From the NCBI GenBank assembly GCA_043797665.1, contig JAZDPL010000012.1, forward strand, positions 1-41,190: a stretch of 41,190 bases of DNA. Direction: 5' to 3'. A model generated the notes under the pieces. It was not told the origin of the DNA. It worked only from the letters and a program-made list of their open reading frames with translations, and did no database searches. Each line of letters begins with the position of its first letter. Position 1 is the first letter of the stretch. Shown here in pieces: positions 1 through 7,561 of this stretch. Source of the DNA: Candidatus Omnitrophota bacterium. GTDB lineage: Bacteria; Ratteibacteria; UBA8468; MWAK01. Made by a program: the position numbers and the translations under genes.

Positions 1-1
1 A

Positions 2-244
2 GAGAATCAAGTTCCTATTGACTCTTCTGGTCTCTTGCAGGTCAGAAGACAGGCGGATTTAGGGGACTCTCTTTGGGCTACTTACAATGTAGTCCAGGAG
101 AATTTAATGAAAGGGGGAATGGAAGGTAGAAGTTCATACAAGGGTAGGCAAACCACAAGAAAGGTAAAAGAAATAAAGAGCCTGGTTAAGGATATTGATA
201 TTAACCAGGGGCTTTGGAATTTGGCTTGTAAGTACCTAAATTAA
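2..244 (+). CDS. DUF932/DUF945-family phage/plasmid protein, C-terminal part (5' truncated by window)
   Basis: Frame is open from base 2. Motifs RRQAD..DSLWATYNVVQENLMKGG..GR and DINQGLWNLA are typical of the DUF932 C-terminus. Confidence 0.75.
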   Translation, partial: ENQVPIDSSGLLQVRRQADLGDSLWATYNVVQENLMKGGMEGRSSYKGRQTTRKVKEIKSLVKDIDINQGLWNLACKYLN

Positions 245-257
245 ACAAAGACTTTTT

Positions 258-476
258 ATGAGTATTAAGCAAGCAAGATGCCTGATGTACTTCAGAATAA
301 AGATGTTAAGAGATTGGGAAGATCTGGGAAAGACCTTCAAGAAGGGAAAGGTCTATCGGGTGAGAAAGTCTGAACCTGAGGGCGAGTTTTACACCAACAG
401 CTATTATCTTATTCCCAAGGTAAGCTGCAAAATAGTAGGGACTATCCCGTCCTGTGACTTTGCTGGAATTAGGTAA
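258..476 (+). CDS. Small basic hypothetical protein
   Basis: 72-aa ORF 13 nt after the DUF932 stop, same strand; no family recognised. Confidence 0.5.
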   Translation: MSIKQARCLMYFRIKMLRDWEDLGKTFKKGKVYRVRKSEPEGEFYTNSYYLIPKVSCKIVGTIPSCDFAGIR

Positions 477-516
477 GCTAAGGCAGGGGGCAATTTGGAC
501 AGATAATTCGCGGGAC

Positions 517-546
517 TTGACAAGGGGTGATTCTTTGTGATACACT
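517..546 (+). promoter_or_regulatory. Sigma70-type promoter with extended -10
   Basis: TTGACA (517-522), 18-nt spacer, TG-a-TACACT (541-546). Confidence 0.7.
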
Positions 547-551
547 ATTTT

Positions 552-690
552 CAGTTCGTTGAAAATTGTTCTCGAAAGAGATGGAAACATAGTGACGGGA
601 GAACTCAAAAGTTAAGAGGACCCTCCCGAGGCGTTGATTTTAACGACCTGGATCAAGATGCAGTAACGATTCTTGAATCCAGGTTTTTTT
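552..690 (+). ncRNA. Candidate structured leader or small RNA
   Basis: Lies between the promoter and an intrinsic terminator. Contains GAAA-tetraloop hairpins (570-581, 581-590), stem 596-601/623-628 and a possible closing stem 556-564/638-646. Confidence 0.45.
647..690 (+). terminator. Rho-independent terminator
   Basis: CCTGGATCAAGA...TCTTGAATCCAGG stem followed by T7. Confidence 0.75.
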
Positions 691-750
691 GGTTTAAGGG
701 GGTGAAAATATGAGAAATAGTAGTGCGACGTCAGCTCCATATCTGGGGCT

Positions 751-840
751 AAAATAAGAGGGAGTCAGCGCGAACTGACTCCCCCAGAGGGACACGATAA
801 TCTCCACGACCAAATGGAAGGTTTTCTATGTACCCCCTCT
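751..840 (-). ncRNA. Candidate antisense small RNA (SymR-like antitoxin position)
   Basis: Bounded by a minus-strand promoter (847-876) and the terminator hairpin GGGAGTCAG/CTGACTCCC followed by TCTTATTTT. It lies just upstream of the symE-like gene. Confidence 0.55.
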
Positions 841-846
841 GTTTAT

Positions 847-876
847 ATTGTACCAATAATTCTTAAAGGTTGTCAA
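847..876 (-). promoter_or_regulatory. Sigma70-type promoter with extended -10, minus strand
   Basis: TTGACA (876-871), 18-nt spacer, TG-g-TACAAT (852-847). Confidence 0.7.
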
Positions 877-890
877 AAACGGAGGAAATG

Positions 891-1119
891 ATGGATGCTC
901 AGATAAATGTTGAAGGAAAAGAAAAACCGGAGGAATTTTCCGCCAGAGTCAATCAGCTCAAAGGTGACGAAGTAAGGCGGAAGGGAAAAATATTACGAGT
1001 TAATGGATATCCATCAGGAGGAAACTATGTCCCTGGCATCAGGGTAGCAGGAAAGTGGCTTAGAAGTTGTAGAAGGTAGAGTAGTTTTAACAGCCAAATT
1101 ATACGAGGGAAGGAGGTGA
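891..1119 (+). pseudogene. SymE-family (type I TA toxin, AbrB-like fold) gene with internal deletion/frameshift
   Basis: RBS GGAGGA at 881-886. YVPGIRVAGKWLR matches the SymE core. The frame stops at 1079, while the expected tail LEVVEGRVVLTAK is in the +1 frame, ending at 1119. The usual GF..G segment is missing. Confidence 0.6.
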
Positions 1120-1124
1120 CGAAA

Positions 1125-1361
1125 ATGGCTACTTCAAAAAGCGAAATCTTCGTGGGTGACGTATGGGCTGGACCCACCGAGAGGATCTGTTTTTCCATCA
1201 TAAATCCCATAGGAAAGATCGATATTCGGAGCGTGTTTGTTGATATGGATGGGAAATCAGTATCGGGAATGAACGGCATAACCTTTGATATTGAACTGTG
1301 GAAGGGATTTCTCAAAGGTGTCTCTGCTTTAACGGAGACCTTGGCTGACATCAATAGGTAA
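1125..1361 (+). CDS. PC4/YdbC-like single-stranded DNA-binding protein
   Basis: RBS AGGAGGTG at 1111-1118. IDIRSVFVDMDGKSVSGMNGITFDIELW matches the PC4 pattern DIR...G...KGI.l..e.W. Confidence 0.65.
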   Translation: MATSKSEIFVGDVWAGPTERICFSIINPIGKIDIRSVFVDMDGKSVSGMNGITFDIELWKGFLKGVSALTETLADINR

Positions 1362-1447
1362 TTCATTTTGGACGCCTGACCTGGACTTGAACGTAGGTTG
1401 TTGTCCGGTTCGGGTCAGGCTCCGCAACCTAAATAACGGAGGACGGA

Positions 1448-3640
1448 ATGAAGACGAAAACAGAAATAACACCAGAAGAGTACCTGGGCAATAAGGGTAT
1501 TCATTTCCAGAAGGCTGGGGACGAATTAAAGATGCACTGTGTATTTGGTCACTGCGATGGCGATTCAAAAGAAGACGAGACACATCTTTATATGCAGGCT
1601 GACACTGGAGTCTACTACTGTCAAAAGTGTTCCGAAAAAGGGAATCTCGTCTCGTTTGCCCGTCACTGTGGTGATAAACTTTGGTACGACAAGAAAAGGC
1701 AAACCTACTACGAGGTTACAGAAAAAAACCTGCCCCCCGATAAACCTCTCGCTGAAATAGTCGCTAAATGCCACCGTGAATTACCGGATCGCATAAGGGA
1801 GTATCTGAATCAGAGGGGTATTACGGATGCGGTAATAGAAAACCGTTTATTGGGATTTGGATTTTTCTACAAGCGAAGCTGGATTACGATACCGGTTCGG
1901 GATGAAAAAGGGAATTTCGTCTTTCTAAAGTTACGCCAGGATCCGAATGATGTCAGTAATCCTGACAAATACAAGGTGTATCCTCGCGGGGTTGAGGCTC
2001 AAATTTATCAGTGGAATACCCTGGAATCTGCCACCGATAACCTTGTCATCTGCGAAGGCGAATTTGACCAAATAATTCTAACTACCCATTCTATTCCAGC
2101 CATTACATCTACTGCTGGGGCAGGAACTTTCAAACCGGAATGGTTGGAAAAATTCAACTCCTCCTTGAAAATTTACATTTGCCTAGACAACGATGAGGCT
2201 GGTAAAAAGGGCGCAGATAAATTAACCAAACTACTTAGTGATAACGGCAACGAGACCCACCTAATAACCCTTCCCGAAGAACTAAAGGGCAAGAAAGTCA
2301 AAGATATCACCGATTACTTCCTTGCTGGCGGGACGGTAGAGGATTTCTTTGGATACGCCGAGGCAGGGAAAGAGGAAGGCATGATAACAGAAATTGAGGA
2401 CTGGCAACGAATGATTAGCTGTCACTTCCCTGACTTGCTATTTCCTGCGGAGGTAGGTCTAAGTGTGTTGGCTCAGCTCAAAATCAAGGACATCTCAAAT
2501 CCATTTGGCTTGGTTTTTGTGGATGTGCCAAGTTCTGGCAAAACCATAGCTATAAACTTCTTCTCCGAAATCGAAGGATTTGTCTATGCTAGCGATAACT
2601 TCACCCCTGCTTCTTTCGTTTCCCATGCAACTAATCGACCGAGAAACGAACTTGCTTCGATTGACCTTCTGCCCAGAATAAGAAGGAAGATGCTGATGGT
2701 GAGGGATCTTTGTTCAATTTTTGGCGAAAGGGACGAAGATCTGCAGAAGAACCTCAGCATACTAACAAGGGTTTTTGACGGGGAAGGGTTGCAAACGGAA
2801 AGCGGGGTACACGGCAGGAGGGGTTATCAGGGAGACTATTTATTTATGTTCTTAGGAGGCTCAACCCCTATTTCACCAAGAGTTTGGAAGGCAATGGGCA
2901 ACTTTGGTTCACGGCTCTTTTTCCTGAACATAGACAGCAAACCAAAAGACGAAGATACCCTTTGCAATCAACTATCTGCAATCGAGACCTTACGGAAAAG
3001 GGAGAAGATTTGCCGAACAGTCACGAGGCTTTTTGCGGAGGGAATCTTCTCTCGCTATAAAGACGGCATTGAATGGGATAGGGGAAATGACAACCCTGAA
3101 TTAGTGAAGATTATCAGTCGCACAGCCTTACTTCTCTCCTGTCTCCGGGGAACGATAAATGTCTGGAAGGAAGGGGAGGGTTGGAATCATACAGTCCCTA
3201 TTATAGAAAAGCCTGATAGGATTAATCAACTTCTTTATAACCTCGCCCGTGGTCACGCCTTGATTTGTGACAGACAACAGATTTCTGAAGAAGATATTGG
3301 GGTAATTTTAGAGGTGGCTTTTGACTCCTGTCCTGTAGTTCGGTCTAAGCTCTTTCACCTTTTACTGGAGAAGGGGAGGGAACTTTCAACCGACGAAATT
3401 ATGGATGTTCTTTCCTGCAGTAGACCAACTGCTCATAAGGAAATGGGGGTATTAAGCGTACTAGGTATTGTGGAGACTGAAATGGAGAGCGAAGAAGAAA
3501 AAGGGGGAAGACCCCCAAAAACAATCTGTCTAAAGAAAGAATTTGAGTGGTTTTCAGGTACAGAATTCAGGAGGATAAGGAAACATACACAGGGGCGTTT
3601 TCTCTTTTTAAACTCTCAAAATACAGAAGGTGGGGAATAA
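1448..3640 (+). CDS. Primase-helicase-like replication protein (Zn finger + TOPRIM + P-loop ATPase + C-terminal HTH)
   Basis: C-VFGH-C...CQKC zinc finger, VICEGEFD and ICLDNDEAG TOPRIM motifs, KDITDY, Walker A-like DVPSSGKT, and a C-terminal LSTDEIMDVLSCSRPT HTH. RBS GGAGGA. Confidence 0.85.
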   Translation: MKTKTEITPEEYLGNKGIHFQKAGDELKMHCVFGHCDGDSKEDETHLYMQADTGVYYCQKCSEKGNLVSFARHCGDKLWYDKKRQTYYEVTEKNLPPDKPLAEIVAKCHRELPDRIREYLNQRGITDAVIENRLLGFGFFYKRSWITIPVRDEKGNFVFLKLRQDPNDVSNPDKYKVYPRGVEAQIYQWNTLESATDNLVICEGEFDQIILTTHSIPAITSTAGAGTFKPEWLEKFNSSLKIYICLDNDEAGKKGADKLTKLLSDNGNETHLITLPEELKGKKVKDITDYFLAGGTVEDFFGYAEAGKEEGMITEIEDWQRMISCHFPDLLFPAEVGLSVLAQLKIKDISNPFGLVFVDVPSSGKTIAINFFSEIEGFVYASDNFTPASFVSHATNRPRNELASIDLLPRIRRKMLMVRDLCSIFGERDEDLQKNLSILTRVFDGEGLQTESGVHGRRGYQGDYLFMFLGGSTPISPRVWKAMGNFGSRLFFLNIDSKPKDEDTLCNQLSAIETLRKREKICRTVTRLFAEGIFSRYKDGIEWDRGNDNPELVKIISRTALLLSCLRGTINVWKEGEGWNHTVPIIEKPDRINQLLYNLARGHALICDRQQISEEDIGVILEVAFDSCPVVRSKLFHLLLEKGRELSTDEIMDVLSCSRPTAHKEMGVLSVLGIVETEMESEEEKGGRPPKTICLKKEFEWFSGTEFRRIRKHTQGRFLFLNSQNTEGGE

Positions 3641-3697
3641 ATAAAGCAAATTCACCCCTGTGTGTGGGGAATAAATAAAGTAAATTTGACGCTGTGT
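3584..3697. repeat. Two 34-bp imperfect direct repeats plus an inverted partial copy (candidate element origin)
   Basis: GTGGGGAATAAATAAAG(C/T)AAATT...CTGTGT at 3630-3663 and 3664-3697; inverted CATACACAGGGGCG at 3584-3597. Confidence 0.75.
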
Positions 3698-3745
3698 GTT
3701 AGGGCAAGAAAAGTAATTCGGAAGGAATGAACGAAGGAGAACTGT

Positions 3746-4059
3746 ATGCTCCCAGTGGTTCTCACCCTTAAGGTTGCACATGATTAGGATTCTCAGAAAG
3801 GAGTGTATATGGAAGCGGCAATAATGATTATGCGAGGTTGGAAGTGGAACGAGTATCCAACAACGATGAAGCCTTTAAAAGTCTGGGAATATCGCCTTTG
3901 CAGAAAGAAACTGAACGTGCTGAGGACTTCTGGATTTTACACCAGAGGGAGAAAAGTTATAGAATATATACAACTGTATTCTGGCTCCTTGACAATTTAC
4001 GATCTTGGTTTCTGGAGATTGGTTCGAGAGAAAACCTCCCAAAGAATCGGGAGGTTAAT
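3746..4059 (+). pseudogene. Frameshifted excisionase-like HTH
   Basis: RBS AAGGAG, then MLPVVLTLKVAHD*. Adding one T near 3783 continues into LGFSERSVY, an HTH_17-like recognition helix, in the integrase frame. Confidence 0.4.
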
Positions 4060-5265
4060 ATGTCTCTCTACAAGCAACGACGAAGCCGGTACTATTACAT
4101 CAACATCTCTTACGGCGGTAAAAGAATAAGAGTGACCAGCCGGTGTGAAGGCAAGAGGGAAGCCAACAAAATAAAACTTCTACTTCTCACCCAACTGATG
4201 CAGCAGCAGATTATTCCTTCATCCGATCAGATTCTCCAGGGTGTTTTCCCCTTACCGAAGCCGGCGTTACCGACCTTTGCCGAGGCTTCAAAGCAATATC
4301 TTGAGGAAATGTGTAAAGGCAAAAAAATCGCTTGGGACCGGGAAGACCGATGCCACCGGGATTTGATTCCCTTCTTCGGAGAGTACCGGATTGACCAGAT
4401 TACTCCACAGCTTGTGCTGAAATGGAGAGAACAAGCAAGACAGAGGACCACCAGAACAGGGAGACAGATTTCTCCCAGGAGCGTCAATTACAACCTTGGA
4501 TACCTCAAGAGATTCTTCAACTATGCGATTGATATCCAAGGGTGGTTAAAGGAAAATCCCGCCAGTAGAATAAAACCCTTGCCTGAAAACAATAAGCGGG
4601 ACAGGGTGCTTTCTGAAGATGAGGAGGAAAGGCTTTTGGGTGCCTGCGAACACGACTGGGTCAAGCGAGTGTTTATTTTTGGCATCGAAACAGGTCTCAG
4701 GGTGGGTGAGATCGCTTCTTTAAGGGTTGGTGAGTTCTATCTGGACTATGGGATTCCTCACTTCAAAAAAACGAGAGAGAAGAACAAAGTCCAGACTGAA
4801 TTTCCTCTTGTTTCGGAAAGACTCGCGGTGGTAATTTCCCAACAGATGTCTGTGTATAGAGCCACGGACCACTTCTTTGCTGATGAAAAGGGAAATCCGG
4901 TCGATATACACAAGATAAGACGCCAGCTCATTACTGCGACCGCAAAGACTGGGATTAAGGGCTTAGTTTTCCAAGACTTACGGAGAACTTTCTGTAGTAG
5001 ACTAAACTGGCTGGGATGTAATAAAATGTTTATCGAGTACCTGATGGGTCATACCGTCAAGGGTATAGAGTCCAGGTACTTGGTAAACAACCTTGAGGGT
5101 CTGTACGAAGAGTTAAATCGGGTGGAGACAAAAAAGGTGGAAAGGGAAAAGAAGAATTCTGTCATACACCTGTCATACTTTAAGAAAACGGAAGGCGTTC
5201 CGGTTTCTGTCAATACTGCGGAAACCGTTGCGGGACAATGTGTTAGCACTACTTTGCCGGGATAG
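4060..5265 (+). CDS. Tyrosine recombinase / integrase
   Basis: RBS GGGAGG before ATG 4060. N-terminal arm-binding-like domain, then TGLRVGEI, FQDLRRTF, LMGH and SRY catalytic motifs. Confidence 0.93.
   Translation: MSLYKQRRSRYYYINISYGGKRIRVTSRCEGKREANKIKLLLLTQLMQQQIIPSSDQILQGVFPLPKPALPTFAEASKQYLEEMCKGKKIAWDREDRCHRDLIPFFGEYRIDQITPQLVLKWREQARQRTTRTGRQISPRSVNYNLGYLKRFFNYAIDIQGWLKENPASRIKPLPENNKRDRVLSEDEEERLLGACEHDWVKRVFIFGIETGLRVGEIASLRVGEFYLDYGIPHFKKTREKNKVQTEFPLVSERLAVVISQQMSVYRATDHFFADEKGNPVDIHKIRRQLITATAKTGIKGLVFQDLRRTFCSRLNWLGCNKMFIEYLMGHTVKGIESRYLVNNLEGLYEELNRVETKKVEREKKNSVIHLSYFKKTEGVPVSVNTAETVAGQCVSTTLPG
5159..5216 (+). repeat. Candidate integrase arm-type binding sites
   Basis: CTGTCATAC at 5159-5167 and 5170-5178 (11-bp period) and the variant CTGTCAATAC at 5207-5216, near the tRNA junction. 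Confidence 0.5.
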
Positions 5266-5328
5266 CTCAGGCGGTAGAGCGAGGGACTGAAAATCCCTGC
5301 GTCCCCAGTTCAACTCTGGGTCCCGGCA
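5256..5328 (+). tRNA. tRNA-Phe (GAA)
   Basis: Acceptor stem GCCGGGA/TCCCGGC, D-arm GCTC/GAGC, anticodon arm AGGGA-CTGAAAA-TCCCT, T-arm CCCAG-TTCAACT-CTGGG. It is followed by CCG, so CCA is not fully encoded. Confidence 0.97.
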
Positions 5329-5346
5329 CCGTTAATTAGAGTCAAG

Positions 5347-6111
5347 ATGCTTTTTGAGACGCACAGCCACCTGAATTTTCCCCAGTTTGAGTCTGACCTG
5401 CCCGAAGTTATCCAACGCGCCAAAGATGCCGGAGTCTCTGAGATTTTAGTGGTGGGAACCGATAAGGAAGGTAATCAGAAAGCGCTCCGGATTGCGCACG
5501 ATTACAACCTCCGGGCTGCGGTGGGTATCCACCCTTCAGATGCGGATTCGGGACCGCCGGACCTGGCAGAAATTAAAACCCTGGTCCAGGACCGGCGTGT
5601 AGTAGCCATCGGCGAAACCGGGTTAGACTACGCCTCTTCCGCGGATAAAGAAAAACAGGCAACACTCTTTCAGTGCTTGCTGGAAATCGCCGGAGAAAAT
5701 GGACTGCCGGTCATCATCCACAGCCGGCAAGCCTCCGAAGAGACCCTCAGGGTGTTAACACAATATGCTCCGCTCAGAGGCGTCTGGCACTGCTTCAGCG
5801 GAGATGAAGACCTGGCGCAAAAGGTCCTTGACTTAGGGCTCTTCATCTCCTTTACCGCAAATATCACCTACAAGAAGAACGAGGCGCTGAGGCAGGTGGT
5901 CAAATACGTACCTTTATCCCGGCTCCTTTTAGAGACCGACTGCCCTTTCCTGCCGCCGGAAGGCAAGCGCGGCTTGCGGAACGAACCAGCCTGGCTCACC
6001 TATTTAGCCGGAGCCATCGCCGGGATTAAAGGTGTCCCGGCCGAAAAAATCGCCGAAGAAACCTTTAACAACAGCCACACCCTCTTCTTAAAAGAAAAGC
6101 CCCATTCCTAA
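5347..6111 (+). CDS. tatD: TatD-family hydrolase (DNase)
   Basis: THSHL, VGIHP, AIGETGLDY, IIHSR, WHCFSG and LLETDCPFL motifs. Confidence 0.95.
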   Translation: MLFETHSHLNFPQFESDLPEVIQRAKDAGVSEILVVGTDKEGNQKALRIAHDYNLRAAVGIHPSDADSGPPDLAEIKTLVQDRRVVAIGETGLDYASSADKEKQATLFQCLLEIAGENGLPVIIHSRQASEETLRVLTQYAPLRGVWHCFSGDEDLAQKVLDLGLFISFTANITYKKNEALRQVVKYVPLSRLLLETDCPFLPPEGKRGLRNEPAWLTYLAGAIAGIKGVPAEKIAEETFNNSHTLFLKEKPHS

Positions 6112-6157
6112 CGTAGGCTAATCCTTCCCCTTTGAATGGGGAACAAGGAGGAGTAAT

Positions 6158-6186
6158 TTGACAAATAAACAATATTACAGTAAAAT
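6158..6186 (+). promoter_or_regulatory. Sigma70-type promoter
   Basis: TTGACA, 17-nt spacer, TAAAAT; 21 nt upstream of ATG 6208. Confidence 0.7.
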
Positions 6187-6207
6187 TGTTCAGTGCGGTG
6201 AACAATT

Positions 6208-7554
6208 ATGGACAGAAATTTGATTAGGCGGACACTTCAGGCGACCCTTCTGACTGAGAGGGATAAAAAGTTTGTTTCTGTTGTCGTTGGTCCCAGACAA
6301 GTTGGAAAAACCACCCTTTTCCACCAATTGATTGAGGTCCTCACAACCCCTGGTGTCCCGGCAAACAAAATTGTTTTTCTTAACTTCGATGACCTTGGGT
6401 TGCGGTCAGTAATCTCGGCAAACCCTTCCGACCTTATCAAAGAAATTGAGACCCGGCTTGGCTTGCCTCTAACTTCTTTAAAAGAGCGCTTTTACCTTTT
6501 TTTAGATGAAGCCCAGAAGATTCCCCAAATTTTTGAGGTGGTCAAACTACTCTTTGACAGCCATGGGGACCGGGTTAAGATTTACCTCTCCGGTTCTTCC
6601 TCCCTGGAACTGCAAAGGAAGGCTTCAGAAACTCTGGCTGGACGGATACGTTACCATTATCTTTTCCCGATTACCTTAAAAGAACTCCTTTTTCATTATA
6701 ATTTGTGGACAGATTCAGATAGTCCTCTCCAACTACTTTTGAAGAATCAACTGACCGAGGAAGTGTTAAATCAGTTGCAGGCTGCCTTTTGGGAAAAGAG
6801 GAATTCAATCGAAACTATACGGCAACAGGTTCTTTTATCCGGTTCTCTGCCGGCTGTTCTAACCGAAGATTCAGAAGAAGAGAAGTGGTTTATCCTCAGG
6901 GATTATGTGGCTACTTATTTGGAGAAAGAAATTCGAGCCATAGAAGGTGTACACAATATTGACCTCTTCCATCGGTTCTATCGTGCACTTCTCCTTCAGC
7001 ACGGACAGATTCTCAACGTCAGTAATCTGGCTGGCGACCTTGGTATGTCCCGGAACACCGCTTTGTCTTACCTGAATATATTGGAACAGACCTTCCTCCT
7101 TTACCGAATTAGTTCCTATGCCCGAAAGCCTAAAGTAAGACTGATGAAAGCACCAAAGACCTATTTCTTTGACGCCGGCATTGTAAACCATGGTATGCGA
7201 CTGACTTCCTGGGAGGCAATCCGAAGTGCCAACCGCCAGGGTTTTCTGGAAGAAGGTCTCTTTGTCTCTCAGGTATTATCTCTAGCCAAGGAAATGAGCG
7301 TACCGCCAGAAATCTATTACCTTCGCGACTACCAGGGACACGAAATTGATTTTCTTATAGAAGGGGAGTCGTTGATTGGCGTTGAAATCACCTCCGAAGA
7401 TTCCCTCCGGAAGAAACGTTTTATTAATATAGACCGCTTTAACAGGGATTTCCCTTTAGAAAAAATTTTTGTTGTCGGGAACTTCCCGAGGGTGGACTGG
7501 GAAACGGTGAATGGAAAGAGGATAACGCTTTTGCCATTATGGCTCGCCTGGTAG
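6208..7554 (+). CDS. AAA_14 ATPase with DUF4143 domain (COG1373-like)
   Basis: GPRQVGKT, FLDEAQ, LSGSSS, KAPKTYFFDAG and a C-terminal EIDFLIE...GVEI. Confidence 0.9.
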   Translation: MDRNLIRRTLQATLLTERDKKFVSVVVGPRQVGKTTLFHQLIEVLTTPGVPANKIVFLNFDDLGLRSVISANPSDLIKEIETRLGLPLTSLKERFYLFLDEAQKIPQIFEVVKLLFDSHGDRVKIYLSGSSSLELQRKASETLAGRIRYHYLFPITLKELLFHYNLWTDSDSPLQLLLKNQLTEEVLNQLQAAFWEKRNSIETIRQQVLLSGSLPAVLTEDSEEEKWFILRDYVATYLEKEIRAIEGVHNIDLFHRFYRALLLQHGQILNVSNLAGDLGMSRNTALSYLNILEQTFLLYRISSYARKPKVRLMKAPKTYFFDAGIVNHGMRLTSWEAIRSANRQGFLEEGLFVSQVLSLAKEMSVPPEIYYLRDYQGHEIDFLIEGESLIGVEITSEDSLRKKRFINIDRFNRDFPLEKIFVVGNFPRVDWETVNGKRITLLPLWLAW

Positions 7555-7561
7555 AGAATTT

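Larger units (their letters stand above)
1..5265 (+). mobile_element. Right-hand part of a tRNA-Phe-associated integrative element (satellite/IME-like)
   Basis: Co-oriented DUF932-like, SymE-like, PC4-like, primase-helicase and tyrosine integrase genes abut tRNA-Phe, with housekeeping tatD on the other side. The left boundary is outside the window. Confidence 0.85.

Noticed and set aside
3630..3697. 34-bp repeats as a CRISPR array
   Set aside because: Only two abutting copies, with no spacers and no cas genes.
3838..4059. TTG start giving a 475-aa integrase
   Set aside because: ATG 4060 has a clear RBS and begins a typical integrase N-terminus.
3803..4129. 108-aa ORF overlapping the integrase start
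   Set aside because: No recognisable motif and it overlaps the HTH-like/integrase frame; it has a plausible RBS, so it is not excluded, only unsupported.
6208..7554. AAA_14/DUF4143 gene as a defence system
   Set aside because: Widespread stand-alone family with no partner genes here; no sequence support for a defence role.
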